NCBI RefSeq assembly: GCF_026571515.1
Contig: NW_026864227.1
Coordinates: forward strand, 1-64,000
Length of the DNA stretch: 64,000 nucleotides
DNA from: Ruditapes philippinarum
Lineage: Eukaryota
Direction: 5' to 3'
Below the pieces are notes generated by a model. That model saw only the letters and a program-made list of their open reading frames with translations, searched no databases and was not told where the DNA came from. Positions 18,701 to 33,700 of this stretch are shown here, one piece after another. Both the position numbers and the translations under genes were made by a program. Every line of letters starts with the position of its first letter. The stretch's first letter is position 1.

Positions 18701-21700
18701 AAGTCATCAGCTGAAATATTTAATGTGTTTCAGATTACAAGAGGAAAGGTAAGTACTTTACATCTAGTACTTCCCATGGTGTACTCTCCATTGAGTACTT
18801 CATTTCAGTACTGCACATGGAGTACTTTACATTGAGTACTTCCCTTCGAGTACTTCACATGGAGTACTACACATCAAGGTTTTTCCATTGAGTACTTCCC
18901 ATTTAGTACTTCACATGGAGTAGTTCCCATTGAGTATTTCATATTGAGTACTTCCCTTTGAGTACTTCACATGGAGTACTTCACATCAAGTTCTTCCCAT
19001 TGAGTACTTCACATGGAATATTTCCCATGGAGTATTTCACATGAAGTACTTCACATTGTTTACTCCATAAATATAAATACAAACATTCTGCAATGTATGT
19101 GATTATATTGTTTTGCTTGTAAACTTGTGATTGTAAACTTCTGCTTGCAAACTTGTGATTGTAAACTTCTGCTTGCAAACACTTGTCTGTGACTACAAAG
19201 CCCTGCTTACAAACACAAATGAAGACATTATTCTTAAGAATATGGTGCCAAAGATAGAAATAGTCCTAACAATGTCCTGACCTTACACAAGAGTATATAA
19301 TAGTCCTTTAAATGTCCTGACCTTAAATAAGAGTATATAATAGTCCTAAAAATGTCCTGACCTTAAACAAGAGTATATAAGAGTCCTAATAATGTCCTGA
19401 CCTTAAACAAGAGTATATAATAGTCATTAAAATGCCTTGACCTTAAACAAGAATATATATTAGTCCTAAAAATGCCCTGACCTTACACAAGAGTATATAA
19501 TAGTCCTAAAAATGCCCTGACCTTACACAAGAGTATATAATAGTCTTAGAATGTCCTGACCTTAAAAAGAGTATATAAGAGTCCTAAAATTGTCCTGACC
19601 TTAAAAAGGAGTATCTAAGAGTCCTAAAAATGTCCTGACCTTAAACAAGACTATATAATAGTCCTTAAAATGTCCTGACCTTAAACAAGAGTATAATTAT
19701 ATTAGTCCTAAAATGCCCTGACCTTACAGAAGAGTATATAATAGTCCTAAAAAGGCCCTGACCTTAAACAAGAATATATATTAGCCCTTACAATGTCCTG
19801 ACTTTCATCAAAAGAATATAATAGTTCTTACATTGTATTAACATTAAACAAGAACATGATGGAATAGTAACACATAGGTATCAGATGAGACTCTAAGGTT
19901 ATTTGATATGAGCGTGATAATATTTAGTAATGTATTTTTGATTATTTTCAGGGTTTGACAGAGTTGATCATGTCTCCAGGTAGCATTGTTATACTACCCT
20001 ACTATCTACACAAAGATATGCCGAAAGCCCCAGCTGCTGAACTGGCATATACCATAATATCAATCTTGTCTAAGGTCAGTTTCTTATAATTACGCTGAAT
20101 ATGAAAATATATAGTATTATATAAATATGAATTTTTTATACTTGCAAATTAAATAAATATGTAAATTTATGAGTTTAGTTACATTCTTTATTTTATCATT
20201 ATAAAATGACTGTAGTTTTGTTTGTGTACTTGTCACAGTATGATGACTGTAGTTTTGTTTGTGTACTTGTCACAGTATGATGACTGTAGTTTTGTTTGTG
20301 TACTTGTCACAGTATGATGACTGTAGTTTTGTTTGTGTACTTGTCACAGTATGATGACTGCAGTTTTTGTTTGTGTACTTGTCACAGTATGATGACTGCA
20401 GTTTTGTTTTGTGTACTTGTCACAGTATGATGACTGCAGTTTTGTTTGTGTACTTGTCACAGTATGATGACTGCAGTTATGTTTGTGTACTTGTCACAGT
20501 ATGATGACTGCAGTTTTGTTTGTGTACTTGTCACAGTATGATGACTGCAGTTTTGTTTTGTGTACTTGTCACAGTATGATGACTGTAGTTTTGTTTGTGT
20601 ACTTGTCACAGTATGATGACTGCAGTTTTGTTTGTGTTCTTGTCACAGTATGATGACTGCAGTTTTGTTTTGTGTACTTGTCACAGTATGATGACTGCAG
20701 TTTTGTTTTGTGGGGGATGAGTGATAGTAAAGACACTATTGACTATGAGCAGACAGTAAAGAAAATGCTGGAGAATGTAAACAAGTATTTTAACAAGTGG
20801 ATTGACAGACTTGATGGGTCTATACGTACAGCTATCCAGTATGTATCTTATATATTCATATACTGCTGTATCTTGAATTCTGCCATATTTTATCAATATT
20901 GTGTATATTTACACTTTGAATAATATTCTTTAACTGATAAATCTGTCAGCAATATATATATATATATATATACATGTAGGTAAATACATGTAGGTAAATA
21001 ATTTAAGCAGTAAGTACATTGACAAACTTTATTGCACTTCTTCAAGCCAAACAAACATTGACATAAACTCCTCACACATTTTACTGACTATTTGTTATCC
21101 TCTTTCAGGCATAAATCTTGTAACAGACCTAGAGTTAGGGTTATTATGATTTTATATGAATAATTTTCAGTACAAACTGGAGAATGGCAGCATTTAACTA
21201 TCTTGAGCAAGATTCCCTGTCACAGGGTGAGAAGATGCTGCGACACATGAGGTCATTGTTAAATCTTACAACCAGTTCTTTTGTAAGTTTATTTCTTATC
21301 TTGTCAGTGTTTCACACTTATTATATTCTCTCTTACTTTGGTGTGTTGTGTCACTTTTCTAATATGTGTACACCTTAATTATAAGTATAGAGACTCTTTT
21401 GTAATGTATATTTGTGCATGCCTTACTTTTTGTCCAATCTATAATTAGAGAATGCTTTAATCTACAGTCACCTGATTTGGTCATGACCAGAAGAGGGCCC
21501 ATATAAATTAAGAAAACAGGTGATCTGATTTGGTCATGACCAAAAGTGGGCCCATATAAATTAAGAAAACAGGTGACCTGATTTGGTCATGACCAGAAGT
21601 GGGCCCATATAAATTAAGAAAACAGGTGATCTGATTTGGTCATGACCAGAAGAGGGCCCATATAAATTAAGAAAACAGGTGACCTGATTTGGTCATGACC

Positions 21701-24700
21701 AGAAGAGGGCCCATATAAATCAAGAAAACAGGTGATCTGATTTGGTCATGACCAAAAGATGGCTATATAGATTGGGAAGTCTGGTGGAAACTGAAAAAAA
21801 TTTTTTTTTTAACTTTTGAAATTCCATAAGTGTTATTTATGAATTTATTATACCTGTGTTTGCATTATTCATGCACTGTTTATCTTCCCATTTCCCACTA
21901 CAGTTGTGAGTTACTGCTGCTGATGTTAGATGACAGGTTTATATAAACTATTGTTTGTTAATATTGATGTTTGTTAGTTAACTTTTTACTTTAATTGCTA
22001 TTTCTTACAGTATTTGAGTATTTGTTTGCCATTAAGTTGTTTTATATTTTGTATTACAGAAAGTTGGTGAGAAGTTGACCTCATCAGATTTGAGATTTCT
22101 GAGTGAGATAGTTGAATTAGATGAAACAAAATTTCCTTGGAACAGACAAGCAATGATGAGTGGAAAAGTTTGTACCATGTTTAATTTGTTTAACTTATCC
22201 CTGATGATCAAATATGTTACTTTATGATTTTGATTAAATGTATAGAAAACACATATAAGACGAATAAATAAATTTTGAGTTAATGTATAACATGAATGCT
22301 TACACAAACCCTTTTTGGTATTGAATTATGTATCATTTCACTTTGTAAAAGTTGAATACAAAAATTAAAATGTATGATAGCACACTTCATGTAGAAGTTA
22401 GAATATAGTGATAACACACTTCATTGATTATTGTAGGTGTTAGAATACATTGATAACACACTTCATTGATTATTGTAGATGTTAGAATACAGTGATAACA
22501 CACTTTATTGGTTATTGTAGATGTTAGAATACAGTGATAACACACTTCATTGATTATTGTAGATGTTAGAATACAGTGATAATACACTTCATTGATTAAT
22601 GTAGATGTTGGAATACAGTGATAACACACTTCATCGATTATTGTTGATGTTAGAATATAGTGATAACACACTTCATTGATTATTGTAGATGTTAGAATAC
22701 AGTGATAATACACTTCATTGATTAATGTAGATGTTAGAATATAGTGATAACACACTTCATTGATTATTGTAGATGTTAGAATACAGTGATAACACACTTC
22801 ATTGATTATTGTTGATGTTAGAATATAGTGATAACACACTTCATTGATTATTGTAGATGTTAGAATACAGTGATAATACACTTCATTGGTTATTGTAGAT
22901 GTTAGAATACAGTGATAATACACTTCATTGGTTATTGTAGATGTTAGAATATAGTGATAACACACTTCATTGATTATTGTAGATGTTAGAATACAGTGAT
23001 AATACACTTCATTGGTTATTGTAGATGTTAGAATACAGTGAAAACACACTTCATTGGTTATTGTAGATGTTAGAATACAGTGAAAACACACTTCATTGGT
23101 TATTGTAGATGTTAGAATACAGTAATAACACACTTCATTGGTTATTGTAGATGTTAGAATATAGTGATAACACACTTCATTGATTATTGTAGATGTTAGA
23201 ATACAGTGATAACACACTTCATTGATGTAATGTTAGTATGTTAGAACTATAGTTGATAATACACTTCATTATATGTAGTGTTAGAACAGTTAACACACTT
23301 CATTGATTAATGTAGATGTTAGAATACAGTGATAATACACTTCATATTAATGTAGATGTACAATACAGTAGATAACAGTGAAACACTTCATCGATAATGT
23401 AGATGTTAGAATACAGTGATAACACACTTCAAATTGATTATATGTAATGTTAGAATACAGTGATAATACACTTCATTGGTTATTGTAGAGTTTAGAATAC
23501 AGTGAAAACACACTTCATTGGTTATTGTAGATGTTAGAATACAGTTGAAAAACACACTTCATTGGTTATAGATGTTTAGAATACAGTAATAACACACTTC
23601 ATTGGTTATTGTAGGATGTTAGAATATAGTGATAACACACTTCATTGATTATTGTAGATGTTAGAATCAGTGATAACACACTATATTCGATTATTGTAGA
23701 TGTAGAATATACTTCATTGGTTATTGTGATGTTAGAATTACATGAAACACACTTCATTGATTAATGTAGATGTTAGAATACAGTGATAACACACTTCATT
23801 GATTATTGTAGATGTTAGAATATAGTGATAATACACTTCATTGATAAATGTAGGTGTTAGAATACAGTGATAACACACTTCATTGATTAATGTAGATGTT
23901 AGAATACAGTGATAATACACTTCATTGATTAATGTAGATGTTACAATACAGTGATAACACACTTCATCGATTAATGTAGATGTTAGAATACAGTGATAAC
24001 ACACTTCATCGATTAATGTAGATGTTAGAATATAGTGATAACACACTTCATTGATTATTGTAGATGTTAGAATACAGTGATAATACACTTCATTGGTTAT
24101 TGTAGGTGTTAGAATACAGTGATAACACACTTCATTGATTAATGTAGATGTTAGAATACAGTGATAACACACTTCATTGATTAATGTTGATGTTAGAATA
24201 CAGTGATAACACACTTCATCAATTATTGTAGATGTTAGAAAACAGTGATAATACACTTCATTGATTAATGTAGATGTTAGAATACAGTGATAACACACTT
24301 CATCGATTAATGTTGATGTTAGAATACAGTGATAATACACTTCATTGATTAATGTAGATGTTAGAATACAGTGATAACACACTTCATCAATTATTGTAGA
24401 TGTTAGAATACAGTGAGGAGCTGAAGAAATCAAGTATAAAACTGACAACAGTGTCTGATGTGCAAAACAAATGCAAGTTTAAAGGCCTTCCTGAAAGAAC
24501 ATATACAAATAACGTGGCAAAATTGTTGTCATATTCAACACTATGGGTATGTTTACACGTAACTTATTTTTAGGATTTAACTTTATCTTTCGTTACTGTC
24601 AAGTAATTCTTAAGCAAATGAATGCTGCTTGTATAGGTGAGTATTCCTTTGTTACTGTATCATATATAACATGTATATGTAGCATCCCTCTCTGAACGTC

Positions 24701-27700
24701 ATGTGTAATATTCATATCAAATAACCTGTTGATATTAAAAGATGTTATGATCAAGTCTTGTATAGACATGTTGTATGTTATGTTTGTATAGTTTCATGAG
24801 TTGACATTTGTTTTGTTGACAGGGACATAGTGTTTACTACCATGTATGTTATGTTTGTATAGTTTCATGAGTTGACATTTGTTTTGTTGACAGGGACATT
24901 GTGTTTACTACCCTGAGTTAGAGACTGCACCAGTTGTTACAGATTTCCAATTCTTAGCAGATATTATACAAAAATTGATGTTTACATCTGCACCTCAGAC
25001 ATGTGACATTCGTTGCCTTGGAGACAAAATACCTTGCTGGAAAAAACAGGATCTAAAAACAGTTTGGCCTGGAGCATCTGATGATGAAATTGTAAGTCAT
25101 CGATTGCTTAGATTATTGTTAAATATCCTTCAAACCAGCAATGTTTTAAAGTGAAAAAGAAACAGTTTGGTTCGTGTCATCATTTCTTACAGGTCATACA
25201 TTACATGTATAATGTTTGCGGTAACTTATATGTGATTAGTTCTATTTGAAATAATGCTTATCAGTTTACACTGTGATGTAAGTAAAGAAGCATTTTGTTT
25301 TTATTTATAGATGTTGTTGTTACGAGTTCTAGAGAAGCAAGGCATTTTGTTGACATTTGCAGTAGATCCATGGTGCAGTATACAGGATGTATCATACATC
25401 TTTGTCTTATATAAAGATTTACCAAGTGAAGCTTCAATGCTGGTAATCATTTGTTTACCTTTAATTTAACATGACTAAATTTGTTGTGAAATTGACCCAG
25501 CTTGGAATTTGAAAATGTTTTCAGCATTTTAAAGAGAATTCAGTATTAATATCTAAAATTGAGCATCCAAAAGTAAAGACACAAACATATAGGGCCTGGT
25601 CAGGCAGCAAACAAGTTAGGGCCATGCAACGCAAGTATAGGGCCTAGTCAGGAAGCAAACAAGTTAGGGCCAGGCAACACAAGTATAGGGCCTAGTCAGG
25701 CAGCAAACAAGTTAGGGTCAGGCAACACAAGTATAGGGTCTGGTCAGGCAGCAAACAAGTTAGGGTCAGGCAACACAAGTATAGGGCCTGGTCAGGCAGC
25801 AAACACATTAGGGTCAGGCAACACAAGTATAGGGCCTAGTCAGGCAGCAAACAAGTTAGGGTCAGGCAATACAAGTATAGGGCCTGATCAGGCAGCAAAC
25901 ACATTAGGGTCAGGCAACACAAGTATAGGGCCTTGTCAGGCAGCAAACAAGTTAGGGCCATGCAACGCAAGTATAGGGCCTAGTCAGGCAGCAAACACAT
26001 TAGGGTCAGGCAACACAAGTATAGGGCCTGGTCAGGCAGCAAACACATTAGGGTCAGGCAACACAAGTATAGGGCCTAGTCAGGCAGCAAACAAGTTAGG
26101 GTCAGGCAATACAAGTATAGGGCCTGATCAGGCAACACACACAAGTATGACCAGCTTGACTTCAGTTATAGCTTAGATTTTTTATTATAAGTACACACAA
26201 AGCGGAATTTTGTCTATGACACATTGAATAATATTTAGTATGAGTGGCTGGCTGATAATTTTTTTATCTTTTATTTCTGTGCTATACAATTAAATACTTA
26301 TGGAAGTACAGTTCCTTTAGAATGGTTAGCATATTTCAGTAAATGGGAAAAAAAACTTTACCTAATACAAAAAAATAAACAATGTTCCTATCATTCCATC
26401 AATGTATTACCCCAATATAAATGACTTATTCTTGAAGATAAATGGCTTTTCTTAATGCGTTTTTTGCAGATTAAAAATATTTTTACATTTACACTTTCAT
26501 TTTATAAATGAAAAAATAGGGAATATATCGAAACGGTTATGAGACCATTACAAGAAATGACGACATTACCTTCTTTGAAGTTATTATGTCCTGGGTAAGT
26601 TTTAATGTGTTTGATTATTTACAACCATAGATACAATCCACTTAAGTTTGAAAGTCCTCTGCTGTCAATAATAGAAGTTAAATCAAAAGTCTTCATATTT
26701 TGTAATCACCTCTCATAAAATGTACTTTTATTTGTTTTCTAGGAAGATTACTGGCCATTGACAAAACCTGATAAATTTGTTGAAAGGACAAAGTTTTACT
26801 TCTGTTGCCCAGGACTACCAGAATCATTCTTCCCAAACTTACTCAGGTGACTGTCTTTATTTCAAGATAAAATCTTTTTATTCATATTTATTTATACTTA
26901 TAGAAAACTTCTAGATTGTTCCTTTTGTTTTAATATAAGCTGTATAGCGGTAAAGATATCATCATAATATAAGCTGTATAGAGGTAGAGATATCATCATA
27001 ATATAAGCTGTATAGAGGTAGAGATATCATCATAATATAAGCTGTATAGAGGTAGTGATATCATCATAATATAAGCTGTATAGAGGTAGTGATATCATCA
27101 TATTATAAGCTGTATAGAGGTAGAGATATCATCATAATATAAGCTGTATAGAGGTAGAGATATCATCATAATATAAGCTGTATAGAGGTAGAGATATCAT
27201 CATAATATAAGCTGTATAGAGGTAGAGATATCATCATATTATAAGCTGTATAGAGGTAGTGATATCATCATGATATAAGCTGTATAGAGGTAGAGATATC
27301 ATCATAATATAAGCTGTATAGAGGTAGTGATATCATCATAATATAAGCTGTATAGAGGTAGTGATATCATCATATTATAAGCTGTATAGAGGTAGAGATA
27401 TCATCATAATATAAGCTGTATAGAGGTAGAGATATCATCATAATATAAGCTGTATAGAGGTAGAGATATCATCATAATATAAGCTGTATAGAGGTAGTGA
27501 TATCATCATAATATAAGCTGTATAGAGGTAGAGATATCATCATAATATAAGCTGTATAGAGGTAGAGATATCATCATAATATAAGCTGTATAGAGGTAGA
27601 GATATCATCATAATATAAGCTGTATAGAGGTAGATATATCATCATAATATAAGCTGTATAGAGGTAGAGATATCATCATAATATAAGCTGTATAGAGGTA

Positions 27701-30700
27701 GAGATATCATCATAATATAAGCTGTATAGAGGTAGAGATATCATCATAATATAAGCTGTATAGAGGTAGAGATATCATCATAATATAAGCTGTATAGAGG
27801 TAGTGATATCATCATATTATAAGCTGTATAGAGGTAGAGATATCATCTTTTCATATCCATTATTTTATGAAATATATTGTAGTATTATGTTAAATTGTAG
27901 TTTGATGTCAGATTATGTAAAACTATATATGAGCCACATCACAACAAAACCAACATAGTGCGTTTACAGTCTGATCAGGATCCATGCTGTTCGCTATCAG
28001 TTTCTCTACTTGTAAAAGGGTTGGTAAGCGAACAGCATGGATCCTGATCAGACTGTGCAGATGCGCAGGCTGGTCTCGATCCATGCTGGTCGCAAACGCA
28101 CTATGTTGGTTTTGTTGTGACAAGGCTCATATATTATTATGTAAACTGTTTAAATACATATAATCATAATAATATATTCAGATAATTATATAAGTATGGC
28201 CAGAATAAATCTGTATTTTTTAAATAGTGTTAAAAATAAAGCTTTTTGTTTTCAGACATGTGTTTAAGCTCGGAGGACCTTCTGTAGCTTGGGAAAGTGG
28301 AGCTGTGATCATTAAAGGACATTTAACAATTCTCATTGAAAGGATATATGACGTACAGGGTACATGTTACACTATATGTTTAAAAACACTGTATACCTCA
28401 TATATTGAATGATATATCTGAAGCATACATTGTTTACACAAATGTAAATGAATATAAATATTAATGATTCATGGGCGACTAGCTACCAATATAATGGAAT
28501 GGGGTTGTGTTTCCCTATATACTTGGCAAATCTTCCTATAAACTCTGGTGAGAGTTGTAGATTCATTTATTTCTTAAACAAACTATTTATCTGGGCTGCC
28601 AGTGATTGTGACTATGGTTGTTTATTATATACGGTCTGTTAGTGATTGTGAATGTTGTTGTTTATAATATCAGGACTGCCACTGATTGTGATTATTGTTG
28701 TTTATAATATCAGGACTGCCGGTGATTGTGATTGTTGTTGTTTATAATATCAGGACTGCCAGTGATTGTGATTATTGTTGTTTATAATATCAGGACTGCC
28801 GGTGATTGTGATTATTGTTGTTTATTATATCAGGACTGCCAGTGATTGTGATTATTGTTGTTTATAATATCAGGACTGCCAGTGATTGTGATTGTTGTTG
28901 TTTATAATATCAGGACTGCCAGTGATTGTGATTATTGTTGTTTATAATATCAGGACTGCCAGTGATTGTGATTGTTGTTGTTTATAATATCAGGACTGCC
29001 AGTGATTGTGATTGTTGTTGTTTATAATATCAGGACTGCCAGTGATTGTGATTATTGTTGTTTATAATATCAGGACTGCCACTGATTGTGATTATTGTTG
29101 TTTATAATATCAGGACTGCCGGTGATTGTGATTATTGTTGTTTATTATATCAGGACTGCCACTGATTGTGATTATTGTTGTTTATAATATCAGGACTGCC
29201 AGTGATTGTGATTATTGTTGTTTATAATATCAGGACTGCCAGTGATTGTGATTATTGTTGTTTATAATATCAGGACTGCCAGTGATTGTGATTGTTGTTG
29301 TTTATAATATCAGGACTGCCACTGATTGTGATTATTGTTGTTTATAATATCAGGACTGCCGGTGATTGTGATTATTGTTGTTTATTATATCAGGACTGCC
29401 AGTGATTGTGATTATTGTTGTTTATAATATCAGGACTGCCAGTGATTGTGATTATTGTTGTTTATAATATCAGGACTGCCACTGATTGTGATTATTGTTG
29501 TTTATAATATCAGGACTGCCAGTGATTGTGATTGTTGTTGTTTATAATATCAGGACTGCCACTGATTGTGATTATTGTTGTTTATAATATCAGGACTGCC
29601 AGTGATTGTGATTATTGTTGTTTATAATCAGGACTGCCACTGATTGTGATTATTGTTGTTTATTATATCAGGATTGCCAGTGATTGTGATTATTGTTGTT
29701 TATATATCAGGACTGCCAGTGATTGTGATTATTGTTGTTTATAATATCAGGACTGCCAGTGATTGTGATTATTGTTGTTTATAATATCAGGACTGCCAGT
29801 GATTGTGATTATTGTTGTTTATAATATCAGGACTGCCGGTGATTGTGATTATTGTTGTTTATTATATCAGGACTGCCAGTGATTGTGATTATTGTTGTTT
29901 ATAATATCAGGACTGCCGGTGATTGTGATTATTGTTGTTATAATATCAGGATTGCCAGTGATTGTGATTATTGTTGTTTATTATATAATGTCTGCCAGTG
30001 ATTGTGATTTTTGTTGTTTATAATATCAGGACTGCCAGTGATTGTGATTATTGTTGTTTATTATATCAGGACTACCAGTGATTGTGATACAAGTTAGAGG
30101 ACCTGGAATACAGGATATGAGACACTCGGAGGACTGGACAACTCTTAAACTTTACTGTAATGTGATGGATCATTTAGCAGTGAAGTACAAGCTCTCTGTT
30201 GCTGTAAGTTATAACATATGATAAAGTACAATATAACATATACTGATACAGTGCAATATAACATATACTGATGCAGTACAATATAACATATACTGATGCA
30301 GTTCAATATAAAATATACTGATGCAATACAATATAACATTTACTGATACAGTACAATATAACATTTACTGATACAGTACAATATAACATATACTGATACA
30401 GTAGAATATAACATATACTGATACAGTGCAATATAATATACACTGAAACAGTACAATATAACATGTTCTGAAACATATACTGAAAAAGTACAATATAACA
30501 TATACAGATACAGTATAATATAACATATACTGAAACAGTACAATATAACATATACTGATACAGTACAATATAACATATACTTTTACAGTGCGATATAACA
30601 TGAACTAAAACATATACTGATACAGTACAATATAACATATACTGATACAGTATAAGACATAGCAAAGGTTTAATTGGAATCTGCTTTCTTAGTTTTGATT

Positions 30701-33700
30701 TATGGTTTTAGGCATTCTTTGATAATTAGATTAAGAACTTTTTGTTCTAAAACTGTTCCATCATTTTTTTGACAATTTTAAGTGATTCATGTTAAAAAAA
30801 CTAGGCAGAAATATATGTACTTATAAAATTGTGGTTCATAATTCAGTTTTTTTTGTGTGTTTGGATATGTTACCTTTTATTTTACAGAAAACCATGCCAT
30901 GCTTGCATTGTGAGAATTCTACTGTTGGTGGTAGGTATGAAATTCTAGCTTCTAAGAAACCAGGAAGATACTTTCACGAGCATTTAGTACGTGGAGGGGA
31001 AAACCGGGATGTCAAATGTAAACATTGCCATCATCCATGTTCTGTCCCACTTCAGCTAGGACCAGGTATTAGTGTTATCTTTTATCGTGACAACACAGTG
31101 AAATAATATAATTTACAATAATAAGAGCTGTTTAACTATTTATATTTTCATTATTTAACAAACCTTTATGAATACATTACAAAATCAGTAAGAACAACAA
31201 CAAGAAATCACTCAATAACTTAGCTTATCAAGTGTATCAAGATTTTAAAAAACATAAGTTTTAAGATATCATGTATGTGACGGGAAATTTACAAATTATT
31301 TCTAATTGTTATGTTCTGTATTGAATATTTTAGGTATAGAGTTGAATGACCTTGTACCGTGGCATGATCGGGGTGGCAGTGCTGGGGATACCTCTAACTT
31401 TCTCAGTAGATGCCTCATGTGTGAGAACTGTGCCATAGATGGTATACAGTGTGAGGTCAATCTAAAACATGGCATTAAAAACTGGTTTGTTTATTTTATT
31501 CTATGATATAGCAAGAAAGTCTTGACAATTTTATCTTGATATTAAAGATGAATTTAAGAACTGGTCAATTTTATCTTGATATAAGTTGCAGTGTGACTAA
31601 GTGGTTAACAATTTGGACTACTAATCTAAGGATTGCTAGACAGTAGGGTTCCAGTCCCTTACGAGCAATTTGTTATTTGTTTAAGAGGAAACTTTACACT
31701 TATTGTTTAGTACTAGCAGGTTACAGGAACGGATTCAAGTGTGTGTCTGTAAGCTTATATCATCCTACACCATCAATGTAAAATAAGTTCTAATTATTAT
31801 TCATAAAACATGGTATTGAATCTGGTTAGTTTTATCTTAATATTAAACATTGTGTTAAAACTGGTTTGATGATCCTTTATATTGGATATGGCATTAAAAT
31901 CTGATGAATTTGTTCTTTAAATAAATATTTGCAATTAAAACTGGTCATTTTATTTTCATTTAAATCATGGCATAAAAACTGGCAAGTTTTATTATTATGT
32001 AAAACATATCTGCACTTTTTTGACCATTATTGACATTTTCTGGCTATTTTGGGTAGCAGTAACCAAGAAATAATACAAGTATATTGTTGCCCAGCTGATG
32101 TCTAGCTTGTATAAAAATGTCCTATAATTTCAGGAGGTGTGGCTGTGACAGGGAGGGGATGTTATGTAATTATTGTGGGATGTGTCAGAGATGCTTTATT
32201 TATATCAAGGTAGTGAATATTTTATTATCATATTATTATTTATATCAAGGTAGTGAATATTGTATTTTATTACACGCTTTTCGGTTGTTTATAGAAATAT
32301 ATCAGTGATATAAAACTGGTAATTTCACTGTTTGAAACATTGAAATTACCACTTTGGTAATTTCACTGTTTTGAATTTAAGCCCCTTACGTTGTTTCAAT
32401 GAAATACCAGTGTGCACAGTACTGGATACCAACTTAATGACGTGACGTGACAAATGACGTCACGTTGTATTATTATTTGGCGCGCTTTTCATTCAGTATT
32501 AGGTTTAATGTCTTTTTAAAACGTTCCTTGGCATGTAATAAAAAGAAAATTTGTTTAGTTTAGTGTAAGATCGAAATATATTTCACCTTGTGAACACCGA
32601 AAGTTCATATTTCACTCGTGGCTGCGCCACTCGTGAAATATACATTTTGGTGCTCACTCAGTGAAATATATTCCGATCTTACACTAAACTAAACAAATAT
32701 CCTCTATATCATTTATATCAAGGTAGAAATTATTTTATTATCATAATATCTTTTATATCAAGGTAGTGAATTTTATATTATCAGAATATAATTGATAATC
32801 ATAATGAGTGCCTCGCATGTGAACAGGCCGTCTCCCATCTATATTATTGTTTTCTTTCCCCAACTTCATTAAGGTAAGTACATTTTTTTGCCCACATTTT
32901 CCATACTTTTATTTTGTTTTTATTGTATGATGTATTAAATGGCAAAGTCTGTGCAAATGTTCTTATCTGATGTGTTACAAGTCAGTGTCTTCCTGTTTTA
33001 TGAGATACCTTGATTTGATGTTAATATGTTTTCTTTACACTCTTTTTTCCCCATAGAACTTCGTTTCTATAGGAACTTGTCATGAGCATTTTTTATTGAG
33101 AAGGTAAAATCAATTATCAGTAAATATTTTTATGTTCTGTTGTTGAACAGATTTTTATATTTATTTATAGAGGTCAGTATCTCTGGTTGAACCAATGTTT
33201 ACCTGATGTTTTTTTCTCGTTATAGATGTCGGTATCTGTGGTTGAACCGATGTTTACACCACTTGCATCAGGTAGATATTCCCATGATCAACTTGTAGCT
33301 AATGATGAGGTCAGTGTGACAGAGAAGGGAAGTGTAGTAGGATTGTTGACAGCTGAATCAGAGCTGATTGTAAAGAGCTGTATATTGACACCAAACTATT
33401 GTCCAGACATTACTCTAACAGTCATAAAAAATGCCCACTTTAAACTCAGTCTTCTTATGTAAGTTGAAAATTTTGTTATATTATCTGGCTGTCTCAATAT
33501 TGGTTACTGTAACATGTTATAAAATAGACATTGTTAAATGTTATAAAGACATTGTTGAGTAATTCACTGTTGTCTAGGACTGATTGCATTATACATGTAT
33601 ATTAAAATATTACAGGGTAAGCTATGGGCTGTTTGGATTGTTATCCTGAGATGTTTATTGTATCTTGATAATTTAACTGATATTTGAATGCTTTATGTTT

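Noticed and set aside
22387-24448. 276-aa and 236-aa CYHCILTSTIINEV repeat ORFs
   Set aside because: They are the antisense reading of the 42-bp acceptor array. The same applies to the repeat-derived ORFs at 38438-39673, 44996-45639 and 50581-52822.
26931-30088. CRISPR-like regular repeats
   Set aside because: The units are head-to-tail with no unique spacers, there are no cas genes, and the context is a eukaryotic intron.
31585-31670. tRNA gene
   Set aside because: The A and B boxes are degenerate and I could not fold a convincing cloverleaf; it is better explained as a SINE head.
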